Positions 50,024 through 64,000 of a stretch of DNA of 64,000 bases are shown here, piece by piece (position 1 is the stretch's first letter; each line of letters starts with the position of its first letter). Made by a program: the position numbers and the translations under genes. The notes beneath the pieces were generated by a model. It saw only the letters and a program-made list of their open reading frames with translations. It was not told where the DNA came from and did not search any database. This DNA comes from Nemertoderma westbladi (Eukaryota > Animalia > Xenacoelomorpha): the NCBI GenBank assembly GCA_032718475.1, contig JAUCBJ010000321.1, positions 1 to 64,000 of the forward strand. Reading direction: 5' to 3'.

Positions 50024-50423
50024 TAAAGTATCAACCAACCTGCTCCTTCCCCTTATATGGTGGGGTGGTCATTGGCTTTTGAAATTTTCCTATTCATTTA
50101 GAGGAAATTTTTATAAAAATTCCAAATTTTAAAACCGTTTATCAAGATCTGTACCCGTATGCTAAGCTCGCTGACTTTCGTGGCTCGTCCCACAACCATC
50201 CAGTTGTTTTCCATTTTCACACCATTGTTTATTATCCAATTTTCTGGTAAAGAAAATATAACCTTTCTAATCAATGTCATTTTTAATTCATTTTCCATAT
50301 TGAAATCCACAGAATATTAATTTATAAAATCTATGGACAAAAAGGGAAATTTATACACTTACACAAAGGTGCTTAGTTTAAAGAAAGGTTGGGCATAAAT
50401 GACAGGCAGAAAGACTGCGTAAG

Positions 50424-50983
50424 AGCCAAAACGGATTTCGACCAAGTAGATCAACAATAGCTCAGATACTTGCACTACGGAGATTGATTGAAGGAATTAA
50501 GTCAAAGAATCTCCCCGCAGTCATGACTTTTGTGGACTTCAAGAAGGCATTCGACTCCATCCATAGAGGTAAAATGCTTGAAATCCTAAGAGCTTATGGA
50601 ATACCAGAAGTAATTGTTGCTGGCATTGGATTGTTATATTGTGACACAGAAGCGCAGGTACTCTCACCAGATGGTGAAACTGAGTTTTTCTCAATCCTGG
50701 CTGGCGTACTGCAAGGTGACACATTAGCACCATTACTATTTGTAATTGTGCTGGATTATGCAATGAGGACGGCCACAAAGGGTGAAGATCTGGGATTCAC
50801 ACTTCAAGAACGCAGAAGTAGTAGGAAAGCGTAGTCGTGGACGACCTGCCATAACATATATAGTCAACTTGAAAGGGATACTGAACTTGGGAGAAACGAA
50901 ATTGCGACAACTATGGAGAGTCGGGAAGCCTGGAAGGATCTCATTTCCACTGTCCGAGTTCGCTCGACCTAGTAGTAGTAGTA
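50424..50983 (+). mobile_element. Internally deleted RTE-like LINE fragment (second family)
   Basis: FVDFKKAFDSI, GVLQGDTLAPLLFVIVLDY joined directly to the 3' end (RGRP...) and (TAG)n tail. Confidence 0.88.
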
Positions 50984-51137
50984 GGGCATAGAGATTTGGG
51001 GGACCCTTAAACAGAAAAATTTACAGAAACATTGCTGATTTTTTATACTCCATTTTCTGGTAAAAAGAAACATTACCTTTTAAATCAACGGCATTTTATA
51101 TTAGTTACCATATTGAAATCCATGGAATATTAAGTTA

Positions 51138-54100
51138 ACATTGCTGCCACTTACACCAAGGTATTTAGAGATACATTGCCGCCACTTACACTAAGGAAGG
51201 TATTTAGAGATACATTGCTGCCACTTACACCAAGGTATTTAGAGATACATTGCTGTCACTTACACTAAGGTATTTAGAGATACATTGCTGTCACTTACAC
51301 TAAGGTATTTAGAGATACATTGCTGCCACTTACACAAAGGTATTTAGAGATACATTGCTGCCACTTACACCAAGGTATTTAGAGATACATTGCTGTCACT
51401 TACACTAAGGTATTTAGAGATACATTGCTGCCACTTGCACAAAGGTATTTAGAGATACATTGCCGCCACTTACACTAAGGTATTTAGAGATACATTGCTG
51501 CCACTTACACTAAGGTATTTAGAGATACATTGCTGTCACTTACACTAAGGTATTTACAGATATATTGCTGCCACTTACACTAAGGTATTTAGAGATACAT
51601 TGCTGCCACTTACACAAAGGTATTTAGAGATACATTGCTGCCACTTACACTAAGGTATTTAGAGATACATTGCTGCCACTTACACTAAGGTATTTACAGA
51701 TATATTGCTGCCACTTGCACAAAGGTATTTAGAGATACATTGCCGCCACTTACACAAAGGTATTTAGAGATACATTGCTGTCACTTACACTAAGGTATTT
51801 AGAGATACATTGCTGTCACTTACACTAAGGTATTTAGATATACATTGCTGCCACTTGCACAAAGGTATTTAGAGATACATTGCCGCCACTTACACTAAGG
51901 TATTTAGAGATACATTGCTGCCACTTACACTAAGGTATTTAGAGATACATTGCTGCCACTTGCACAAAGGTATTTAGAGATACATTGCCGCCACTTACAC
52001 TAAGGTATTTAGAGATACATTGCTGCCACTTACACTAAGGTATTTAGAGATACATTGCTGTCACTTACACTAAGGTATTTACAGATATATTGCTGCCACT
52101 TACACTAAGGTATTTAGAGATACATTGCTGCCACTTACACAAAGGTATTTAGAGATACATTGCTGCCACTTACACTAAGGTATTTAGAGATACATTGCTG
52201 CCACTTACACTAAGGTATTTAGAGATACATTGCTGTCACTTACACTAAGGTATTTACAGATATATTGCTGCCACTTACACTAAGGTATTTAGAGATACAT
52301 TGCTGCCACTTACACAAAGGTATTTAGAGATACATTGCTGCCACTTACACTAAGGTATTTAGAGATACATTGCTGTCACTTACACTAAGGTATTTACAGA
52401 TATATTGCTGCCACTTACACTAAGGTATTTAGAGATACATTGCTGCCACTTACACAAAGGTATTTAGAGATACATTGCTGCCACTTACACCAAGGTATTT
52501 AGAGATACATTGCTGTCACTTACACTAAGGTATTTAGAGATACATTGCTGTCACTTACACTAAGGTATTTAGAGATACATTGCTGCCACTTACACAAAGG
52601 TATTTAGAGATACATTGCTGCCACTTACACCAAGGTATTTAGAGATACATTGCTGTCACTTACACTAAGGTATTTAGAGATACATTGCTGCCACTTGCAC
52701 AAAGGTATTTAGAGATACATTGCCGCCACTTACACTAAGGTATTTAGAGATACATTGCTGCCACTTACACTAAGGTATTTAGAGATACATTGCTGTCACT
52801 TACACTAAGGTATTTACAGATATATTGCTGCCACTTACACTAAGGTATTTAGAGATACATTGCTGCCACTTACACAAAGGTATTTAGAGATACATTGCTG
52901 CCACTTACACTAAGGTATTTAGAGATACATTGCTGCCACTTACACTAAGGTATTTAGAGATACATTGCTGTCACTTACACTAAGGTATTTAGAGATACAT
53001 TGCTGCCACTTACACAAAGGTATTTAGAGATACATTGCTGCCACTTACACCAAGGTATTTAGAGATACATTGCTGTCACTTACACTAAGGTATTTAGAGA
53101 TACATTGCTGCCACTTGCACAAAGGTATTTAGAGATACATTGCCGCCACTTACACTAAGGTATTTAGAGATACATTGCTGCCACTTACACTAAGGTATTT
53201 AGAGATACATTGCTGTCACTTACACTAAGGTATTTACAGATATATTGCTGCCACTTACACTAAGGTATTTAGAGATACATTGCTGCCACTTACACAAAGG
53301 TATTTAGAGATACATTGCTGCCACTTACACTAAGGTATTTAGAGATACATTGCTGCCACTTACACTAAGGTATTTACAGATATATTGCTGCCACTTGCAC
53401 AAAGGTATTTAGAGATACATTGCCGCCACTTACACAAAGGTATTTAGAGATACATTGCTGTCACTTACACTAAGGTATTTAGAGATACATTGCTGTCACT
53501 TACACTAAGGTATTTAGAGATACATTGCTGCCACTTGCACAAAGGTATTTAGAGATACATTGCCGCCACTTACACTAAGGTATTTAGAGATACATTGCTG
53601 CCACTTACACAAAGGTATTTAGAGATACATTGCCGCCACTTACACTAAGGTATTTAGAGATACATTGCTGCCACTTACACTAAGGTATTTAGAGATACAT
53701 TGCTGTCACTTACACTAAGGTATTTACAGATATATTGCTGCCACTTACACTAAGGTATTTAGAGATACATTGCTGCCACTTACACAAAGGTATTTAGAGA
53801 TACATTGCTGCCACTTACACTAAGGTATTTAGAGATACATTGCTGCCACTTACACTAAGGTATTTAGAGATACATTGCTGTCACTTACACTAAGGTATTT
53901 ACAGATATATTGCTGCCACTTACACTAAGGTATTTAGAGATACATTGCTGCCACTTACACAAAGGTATTTAGAGATACATTGCTGCCACTTACACTAAGG
54001 TATTTAGAGATACATTGCTGTCACTTACACTAAGGTATTTACAGATATATTGCTGCCACTTACACTAAGGTATTTAGAGATACATTGCTGCCACTTACAC

Positions 54101-55234
54101 AAAGGTATTTAGAGATACATTGCTGCCACTTACACCAAGGTATTTAGAGATACATTGCTGTCACTCACACTAAGGTATTTAGAGATACATTGCTGTCACT
54201 TACACTAAGGTATTTAGAGATACATTGCTGCCACTTACACAAAGGTATTTAGAGATACATTGCTGCCACTTACACCAAGGTATTTAGAGATACATTGCTG
54301 TCACTTACACTAAGGTATTTAGAGATACATTGCTGCCACTTGCACAAAGGTATTTAGAGATACATTGCCGCCACTTACACTAAGGTATTTAGAGATACAT
54401 TGCTGCCACTTACACTAAGGTATTTAGAGATACATTGCTGTCACTTACACTAAGGTATTTACAGATATATTGCTGCCACTTACACTAAGGTATTTAGAGA
54501 TACATTGCTGCCACTTACACAAAGGTATTTAGAGATACATTGCTGCCACTTACACTAAGGTATTTAGAGATACATTGCTGCCACTTACACTAAGGTATTT
54601 AGAGATACATTGCTGTCACTTACACTAAGGTATTTACAGATATATTGCTGCCACTTACACTAAGGTATTTAGAGATACATTGCTGCCACTTACACAAAGG
54701 TATTTAGAGATACATTGCTGCCACTTACACTAAGGTATTTAGAGATACATTGCTGCCACTTACACTAAGGTATTTACAGATATATTGCTGCCACTTACAC
54801 TAAGGTATTTAGAGATACATTGCTGCCACTTACACAAAGGTATTTAGAGATACATTGCTGCCACTTACACTAAGGTATTTAGAGATACATTGCTGCCACT
54901 TACACTATAAGGTATTTATAGATACATTGCTGCCACTTACACTAAGGTATTTAGAGATACATTGCTGCCACTTACACAAAGGTATTTAGAGATACATTGC
55001 TGCCACTTACACTAAGGTATTTAGAGATACATTGCTGCCACTTACACTAAGGTATTTAGAGATACATTGCTGCCACTTACACTAAGGTATTTACAGATAC
55101 ATTGCTGCCACTTGCACAAAGGTATTTAGAGATACATTGCCGCCACTTACACAAAGGTATTTAGAGATACATTGCTGTCACTTACACTAAGGTATTTAGA
55201 GATACATTGCTGTCACTTACACTAAGGTATTTAG
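51138..55234. repeat. 35-bp satellite, ~117 copies
   Basis: tacactaaggtatttagagatacattgctgccact. Confidence 0.97.
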
Positions 55235-55938
55235 AAATATATTACATACAATATGGACTTTAGCGATACAGCAATAAAAATGGATTGATCTGGTTGGATG
55301 ATAAACTTCATATTAATCAATTATACAATAAAGATGTTGAAACTCGGTAATAACTGTAGAAAGTATAATGTAACAAAGATCCTTGGAGATAAAATCCTCA
55401 TAACCTGACGACCTAATATTAATTAATTTCGAAAAACTTCGAAACACTCTACATAAAATTATATTAAATACAACAAATTAATAACATTCGAAGTAATGGT
55501 TGGATATAATACAACTAATTAAGTAACTATAAACAAAAAAAAATATAAATACAAATAAGTAATGAACATTAATCATATCAATACATTTTATAGGTTAATA
55601 TATAACAGATTTATAGAGAAAATATTAAATTAAAAGGAAAACTCGATTCGGAATATAAATAATTATTACAGGGACACCATGGTACCATGGAAACCCTGAT
55701 GGACACACCAGCAACGGGATAAATGATATTCTAATTAAAATGTATCTAAACAATGATTGTTGAACAATAATTAATTAAAGAAACTAACCTTAGTCAAATA
55801 TATGAATTACTTGGAAAAAAATAACACAAAACTATAAATAATTGTTGACGATTAAGAATCTGTTGAATTTATTGGGGTAAATTAGAAAACATTTAAACTG
55901 AAAATATTTAAACAATTGGAACATTTTATAATAAATAT

Positions 55939-58900
55939 ACGGGACCTACCAATGTACTGCAGATATAACAGGTTGTATAACGGGACCTACCAATGTACTG
56001 CAGATATAACAGGTTGTATAACGGGACCTACCAATGTACTGCAGATATAACAGGTTGTATAACGGAACCTACCAATGTACTGCAGATATAACAGGTTGTA
56101 TAACGGGACCTACCAATGTACTGCAGATATAACAGGTTGTATAACGGGACCTACCAATGTACTGCAGATATAACAGGTTGTATAACGGGACCTACCAATG
56201 TACTGCAGATATAACAGGTTGTATAACGGGACCTACCAATGTACTGCAGATATAACAGGTTGTATAACGGGACCTACCAATGTACCGCAGATATAACAGG
56301 TTGTATAACGGGACCTACCAATGTACTGCAAATATAACAGGTTGTATAACGGGACCTACCAATGTACTGCAGATATAACAGGTTGTATAACGGGACCTAC
56401 CAATGTACTGCAGATATAACAGATTGTATAACGGGACCTACCAATGTACTGCAGATACAACAGGTTGTATAACGGGACCTACCAATGTACTGCAGATATA
56501 ACAGGTTGTATAACGGGACCTACCAATGTACTGCAGATATAACAGGTTGTATAACGGGACCTACCAATGTACTGCAGATACAACAGGTTGTATAACGGGA
56601 CCTACCAATGTACTGCAGATATAACAGGTTGTATAACGGGACCTACCAATGTACTGCAAATATAACAGGTTGTATAACGGGACCTACCAATGTACTGCAG
56701 ATATAACAGATTGTATAACGGGACCTACCAATGTACAGCAGATATACAGTAACAGGTTGTATAACGGGACCTACCAATGTACTGCAGATATACAGTAACA
56801 GGTTGTATAACGGGACCTACCAATGTACTGCAAATATAACAGGTTGTATAACGGGACCTACCAATGTACTGCAGATATACAGTAACAGGTTGTATAACGG
56901 GACCTACCAATGTACAGCAGATATACAGTAACAGGTTGTATAACGGGACCTACCAATGTACAGCAGATATACGGACAGGTTGTATAACGGGACCTACCAA
57001 TGTACTGCAAATATAACAGGTTGTATAACGGGACCTACCAATGTACTGCAGATATAACAGGTTGTATAACGGGACCTACCAATGTACTGCAGATATAACA
57101 GGTTGTATAACGGGACCTACCAATGTACTGCAGATATAACAGGTTGTATAACGGGACCTACCAATGTACTGTAGATACAACAGGTTGTATAACGGGACCT
57201 ACCAATGTACTGCAAATATAACAGGTTGTATAACGGGACCTACCAATGTACTGCAGATATACAGTAACAGGTTGTATAACGGGACCTACCAATGTACAGC
57301 AGATATACAGTAACAGGTTGTATAACGGAACCTACCAATGTATTGCAGATATACAGTAACAGGTTGTATAACGGGACCTACCAATGTACTGCAAATATAA
57401 CAGGTTGTATAACGGGACCTACCAATGTACTGCAGATATAACAGGTTGTATAACGGGACCTACCAATGTACTGCAGATATAACAGGTTGTATAACGGGAC
57501 CTACCAATGTACTGCAGATATAACAGGTTGTATAACGGGACCTACCAATGTACAGCAGATATAACAGGTTGTATAACGGGACCTACCAATGTACTGCAGA
57601 TATACAGTAACAGGTTGTATAACGGGACCTACCAATCTACTGCAGATATAACAGGTTGTATAACGGGACCTACCAATGTACTGCAGATATAACAGGTTGT
57701 ATAACGGGACCTACCAATGTACTGCAGATATACAGTAACAGGTTGTATAACGGGACCTACCAATGTACTGCAGATATAACAGGTTGTATAACGGGACCTA
57801 CCAATGTACTGCAGATATACAGTAACAGGTTGTATAACGGGACCTACCAATGTACAGCAGATATAACAGGTTGTATAACGGGACCTACCAATGTACAGCA
57901 GATATACAGTAACAGGTTGTATAACGGGACCTACCAATGTACTGCAGATATAACAGGTTGTATAACGGGACCTACAAATGTACTGCAGATATAACAGGTT
58001 GTATAACGGGACCTACCAATGTACTGCAGATATACAGTAACAGGTTGTATAACGGGACCTACCAATGTACAGCAGGTATAACAGGTTGTATAACGGGACC
58101 TACCAATGTACTGCAGATATACAGTAACAGGTTGTATAACGGGACCTACCAATGTACTGCAGATATACAGTAACAGGTTGTATAACGGGACCTACCAATG
58201 TACTGCAGATATAACAGGTTGTATAACGGGACCTACCAATGTACTGCAGATATAAAGTAACAGGCTGTATAGCGAGACCTACCGATGTACTGCAGATATA
58301 ACAGGTTGTATAACGGGACCTACCAATGTACTGCAGATATAAAGTAACAGGCTGTATAGCGGGACCTACCAATGTACTGCAGATATAACAGGTTGTATAA
58401 CGGGACCTACCAATGTACTGCAGATATACAGTAACAGGTTGTATAACGGGACCTACCAATGTACTGCAAATATAACAGGTTGTATAACGGGACCTACCAA
58501 TGTACTGCAGATATAACAGGTTGTATAACGGGACCTACCAATGTACTGCAGATATAACAGGTTGTATAAGGGGACCTACCAATGTACTGCAGATATAACA
58601 GGTTGTATAACGGGACCTACCAATGTACTGCAGATATAACAGGTTGTATAACGGGACCTACCAATGTACTGCAGATATAACAGGTTGTATAACGGGACCT
58701 ACCAATGTACTGCAGATATAACAGGTTGTATAACGGGACCTACCAATGTACTGCAGATATAACAGGTTGTATAACGGGACCTACCAATGTACTGCAGATA
58801 TAACAGGTTGTATAACGGGACCTACCAATGTACTGCAGATATACAGTAACAGGTTGTATAACGGGACCTACCAATGTACTGCAGATATAACAGGTTGTAT

Positions 58901-59819
58901 AACGGGACCTACCAATGTACTGCAGATATAACAGGTTGTATAACGGGACCTACCAATGTACTGCAGATATAACAGGTTGTATAACGGGACCTACCAATGT
59001 ACTACAGATATAACAGGTTGTATAACGGGACCTACCAATGTACTGCAGATATAAAGTAACAGGCTGTATAGCGAGACCTACCAATGTACTGCAGATATAA
59101 CAGGTTGTATAACGGGACCTACCAATGTACTGCAGATATAACAGGTTGTATAACGGGACCTACCAATGTACTGCAGATATAACAGGTTGTATAACGGGAC
59201 CTACCAATGTACTGCAGATATAACAGGTTGTATAACGGGACCTACCAATGTACTGCAGATATAACAGGTTGTATAACGGGACCTACCAATGTACTGCAGA
59301 TATAACAGGTTGTATAACGGGACCTACCAATGTACTGCAGATATACAGTAACAGGTTGTATAACGGGACCTACCAATGTACTGCAGATATAACAGGTTGT
59401 ATAACGGGACCTACCAATGTACTGCAGATATAACAGGTTGTATAACGGGACCTACCAATGTACTGCAGATACAACAGGTTGTATAACGGGACCTACCAAT
59501 GTACTGCAGATATAACAGGTTGTATAACGGGACCTACCAATGTACTGCAGATATAACAGGTTGTATAACGGGACCTACCAATGTACTGCAGATATAACAG
59601 GTTGTATAACGTGACCTACCAATGTACTGCAGATATAACAGGTTGTATAACGGGACCTACCAATGTACTGCAGATATAACAGGTTGTATAACGGGACCTA
59701 CCAATGTACTGCAGATATAACAGGTTGTATAACGGGACCTACCAATGTACTGCAGATATAACAGGTTGTATAACGGGACCTACCAATGTACTGCAGATAT
59801 AACAGGTTGTATAACGGGA
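55939..59819. repeat. 41-bp satellite with 46-bp variant, ~90 copies
   Basis: gggacctaccaatgtactgcagatata(cagta)acaggttgtataac. Confidence 0.97.
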
Positions 59820-60550
59820 AAGCCAATCCCTCAGGTGGAAGTAAATCCTTTTATAATAGCCTTCTTGTTAATAATGATGTTAATACAGCGGCGACCATAA
59901 ACGAAGGAGTTGACATATAAAACACTAAATATGTGAAGTTAATAAAGTATGTGCGGTAAATATAGTATAGTAAAGAAAATATAGGAAATCCATTACATAC
60001 AACAGCATTTCGGTGACGGCAGGTACATTGAATGAACAGTTTCTAACATTTAGTACTCGAGTAACGTAACCTGTTGGAAATAAACTCACGTAGTATAAAA
60101 AAGGTCGGACGATATGATATGGGAAATTTTTACAAACAAAAAAAGGTATAAATTATAAGCGGCTTTAACTATTTATCAGCACCCACTAGATGGTATTGGG
60201 AATGGGTGATCTTTTAGAAACTTGTTATTGTAATATTGTAAACTATTATAAAATAAATTGAAACCATTAATGGCCCATCAACCGATTTATACTAATACTA
60301 TACGTGTTGGTGTTTTCATCTTTATTAGTAATATGAATCAAATATATTTCCTGAATAACTGTGTTTATTTCACAACGAGTTGCTAATTTATCATTCGTTA
60401 AAAAATTATAAAAAAAATCAGAATGATAAACAATACGAAAAAAACAAGCGATTTCCCATTAAAGGTAATAATTCTTGTGACACGAAATATTACTGCGGAG
60501 TTCCTTATTAAATGAGAATAAAGTTGGGGGAATTTAGTTAAAGTAATTGT

Positions 60551-61243
60551 TTAGTTCGAAGCGATGGGGACTGTTCCCTTGGTGATCCTAATGTCCCCGT
60601 AGGGTTCCCTTTGCATCACCTCGATGACAGACTGTTTCTTTAACTGAAGAATCGTGTACAACTTAGCCGCCGCCTGGGAGCGGTTGTTCCGGTGCGCCAA
60701 CGTAAAGAAGGACGTCGCCGATGAACCCGCTAACAACGCCGACAACGTCCTCGACATGAAGGCCGTCCGTTTGGAGCAGCGACGCTCATCGAACTCCTCC
60801 GCGGTCTCTCCCTCCTCCTGCTGCTCCTCCTCGCAGACGGCGGACTCCGGAGCCGGACTCGGTGCTCCGGCCGGACTCGGAACGCCGGCCGGACTCGGAA
60901 CGCCGGCCGACGGATCCGAGTCCCCGTCCGACTCCGAGTCGCCCTCGTCGTAGTAGCCATGGTAACCGCCACCGTCCTCGCTGTCGCTGTCCGGATGCAG
61001 GATGGGGAGGGTGAGGGGCGGCACTCTGAGTTCGGTTTGGCTCGGCTCGGTCGCGCTCGGCTCGGTAGCGACGTCCAGGCGGGGCGACTTGGCGGGCGGC
61101 GGGAGGAGCGAATCGGCTTCCATGACGGCGGGCGGAAGGATTCCGGAGTCGGAACCCCGGATGCCGGAGCCGCAATCGACGCGGAATCCCTCGATCGAGT
61201 CGGTGGAACGCAGGGATTGGACCGGAGCGAGAACGTTCTCAAC
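60551..61243 (-). CDS. RAD21: RAD21/REC8-family kleisin, terminal exon (C-terminal winged helix)
   Basis: ccgcag|GTT GAG AAC; KRTAFM...SFFTL..RSQAAAKLYTILQLKKQSVIEVMQREPYGDIRITKG matches the RAD21 C-terminus; upstream exons not seen in the window; paralog identity uncertain. Confidence 0.85.
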   Translation of the reverse strand, partial: VENVLAPVQSLRSTDSIEGFRVDCGSGIRGSDSGILPPAVMEADSLLPPPAKSPRLDVATEPSATEPSQTELRVPPLTLPILHPDSDSEDGGGYHGYYDEGDSESDGDSDPSAGVPSPAGVPSPAGAPSPAPESAVCEEEQQEEGETAEEFDERRCSKRTAFMSRTLSALLAGSSATSFFTLAHRNNRSQAAAKLYTILQLKKQSVIEVMQREPYGDIRITKGTVPIASN

Positions 61244-62379
61244 CTGCGGACCGAAAACGGAAATGTAGATGAGTAAATAATCAGAGTTTCCGCCGCCGAA
61301 TGGATTAATATATACCGGTACCGGATCCGTAATATATTTTTCTACAAATCTTTATCTTATTGCTTAAGATTTGGAACACAACTAGTTCCACTCACCGTCG
61401 TTGTTACCATGAAGCCGGGATTTTTGAGATTTGGATTTTAAAATATTTTTATATAAAAGCGCTTTAAAAAAGTGACACTTGCGAAATTACAACCATCGTG
61501 TCGCAGTAATTCTTCACATTGCCCTTAGTTTGTACATATTGGAAAGCTTACGTTGAATACAAAATGTTCTGGAACATTTTGTTTATGTATGCGCAAGTAA
61601 ATACGCAATATAGATATTGCATTGTCAGCTCGTAACACGTTCTAGAATTTTGCGTAAAAAAAAATGCCTATATCTCAGCTGTTTCTACATTGTTACATAT
61701 TTGGAATCCTGGCAACGAAAGCTTTCTAACGATATAAATAAATCAACTAAGGGTGCAATTCCGCAAGACACTTCTTTAAAACGCTTATAAAATTATTTAA
61801 AGGCTAAATCGAATACTCCGGGTTCAAGGGGTCCTCGACGGCGAGTTAAGAACTAATTGTACCGGTATTTAAAATATAAGTCTATTATTGTAATGATTGT
61901 AGAAATACCCCCCAGTAGTAATGGTTACCCCTTTTCGGCGACAGTTTAGTCCAACTTCACACCTTGGGTGTTAAGTAGGTCATTAATTAATTAAACAATT
62001 AATTAATTGGTCGATTAAACAATTAATTAATTGTTTAATCAATCGATTTGTATCAAATAATGTTGCCAAAGGCAATTTAATTTGACACAAATCAATCAGA
62101 TAGGGACGCGAGATGAATAAATTGTACTACAGTAGATAAAATATACAACACAATAGGAACCATACAATATAATATACAATACATTTGTATTATTTTTGCC
62201 ATACAGTAGGTAAAGGTAGAATTAAATATAAACATGCGAGCGGGGCCCAAAACATAAATTACCCTCACCCGAAAATAAAGTGGACCAGTTTGGCCCTGAG
62301 TCATCCCTCAATAATCTGCGGTCGTTGGGCTCTTATTAACCGTAGCATGACTAATCCAAACATCGAATCCTATACTGTA

Positions 62380-63658
62380 TGTCAACGCGTGAATGGGACC
62401 TGCGATAGAGTTTAAATTATTCAAACCTACAGCTGTGGGTGGGGACTGCCTTGGTATGTTGCCTTGATAGCCTTTAGCTTCGTTATCATGTAAGATTGGA
62501 AACCTTCGGTTTGCATCTTACGCGCCAGCATCACCTCAATCGCACATAGGCCAACTACAACCATTAATTACCGCATATGCGAGCGCATATGTTAATTTAA
62601 ACCTGCGCGCCTGATCGCACATAATTAAATAAGGCCCTCTTTTAATACATAAGTTATATACAGTTTATCTTCAATTTATTGAATTTGTTTTTATTTACAA
62701 CCCTAATTGTTCTACTGTATTATAATTTAAGTTTTATTATAACAAGCTATATCCTGTTAATCTTATTAATTTTATTTGTACTGAGGTTTTCGAAGGCGCT
62801 GTTTCCAATGGTCCTACTCTCAAAACGATCTAACCTACTGTATAATTAATTACTCAAGTCTGCGAGGTATGCGTAAGTAACAAATCTCGTTTACCAGTTT
62901 TCCTTAAAAAATATGAAGCTATATTGCTTAAGATTTCTGAGGGGCGAGCCATGAGGTAAGATGTTTGAGACTTTTTTAGATATATTATTACTTAATTTTG
63001 ACCCCCCAGTCGATATCTATTACAATATAGGCTATATCTTTTTGCGGAGTCACAGAGTAGTCTGAAGATTCGAGTCTGCTGCTAGAGGGTGAAATGTCTC
63101 AAAGTAAAAACCATACGGTAGCTATGAACTGGTTACTAGGCAATAATACTACATTTTGTATAGTTAGGCCTATTGCTGATCGAACGAAAACTGCCCTGGT
63201 CCATGTGAGGATTGAACCCACGACCTATTGGAGATGTGAATTCAAAGCAACCACTACACCAAGGTGGAACAACGTTTGAATTTGTTCGTTAACGTTCGAA
63301 TTTGTAAGACTCTGATTTAAGACCTGAGGCACTCCCCACAACCACAGCCACAGCCACAGCCACAACCACAGCCACAGCCACAGCCACAACCACAGCCACA
63401 ACCACAGCCACAGCCACAGCCACAGCCACAGCCACAGCCACAACCACAGCCACAACCACAGCCACAACCACAGTCACAACCACAGCCACAGCCACAACCA
63501 CAGCCACAGCCACAACCACAGCCACAACCACAGCCACAGCCACAACCACAACCACAACCACAGCCACAGCCACAACCACAGCCACAACCACAGCCACAGC
63601 CACAGCTGTAGGTTTGAATAATTTAAACTCTATCGCAGGTCCCATTCACGCGTTGACA
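62380..63658. mobile_element. Non-autonomous TIR element (~1.28 kb) in the kleisin intron
   Basis: Perfect ~60-bp inverted repeats tgtcaacgcgtgaatgggacctgcgatagagtttaaattattcaaacctacagctgtgg, TA on both flanks. Confidence 0.88.
63336..63606. repeat. (CCACAG/CCACAA)n hexamer microsatellite
   Basis: Direct reading. Confidence 0.97.
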
Positions 63659-64000
63659 TAGACATTCCACGGCTGTAGGCAGGACGTAGGATTAAGTCGA
63701 ACCTGTGAGCGACCTTGGGGTCCGATCGGATGGAGGCATTGTCACTTATTTGCTTTGATTCTGGTTGGATCGGTGCAGATGATTTTGACGCAATTATTGG
63801 CGTCTTCCCCTTACAGAAACCGCGGCGAATAAATTATGTTGTAAATAACTATTTATTTTACAAAAATAAGTAACTATTTTTTTGTCCGACTTGTTTATCC
63901 ACATTTTCGAGGAATAGTAGAATGTGGAATAATAATGCACATTCTACAAAGCTGATTGGATAAATAAATATTATATTATCCGCATTTTTGGAAGATTGAA

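Noticed and set aside
41491-59819. CRISPR-like arrays
   Set aside because: Head-to-tail units with no unique spacers, no cas genes, eukaryotic context
60654-61276. Overlapping ORFs in other frames
   Set aside because: GC-rich shadows of the kleisin exon
63190-63230. tRNA gene
   Set aside because: Only a T-arm-like half is present; no full cloverleaf

Overview
AT-rich, repeat-dense animal (probably invertebrate) nuclear DNA. 1-13035: two related BEL/Pao LTR retrotransposons nested in opposite orientation inside an intron of a CLCA-family gene. The inner (minus-strand) element encodes Gag-protease with RT deleted in frame. The outer (plus-strand) element carries, just before its polypurine tract and 3' LTR, a large extra ORF with a WRN/Mut-7/EXD-type DEDDy 3'-5' exonuclease-like domain plus Cys/His zinc knuckles. 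Host genes: last four exons of a membrane-anchored CLCA gene (+), intronless MRPL43 (+), ZMYND12 (+, three exons) and the last exon of a RAD21-family kleisin (-). The rest is RTE-like LINE fragments, MITEs, a foldback-like element and many minisatellites. The 5.3 kb array in the last ZMYND12 intron is a roughly 155-fold amplification of the intron/exon junction itself (AG|GT in nearly every unit), suggesting a satellite removable by recursive splicing. Several other arrays also have intron-like units. All calls come from motif reading by eye; no searches were run.
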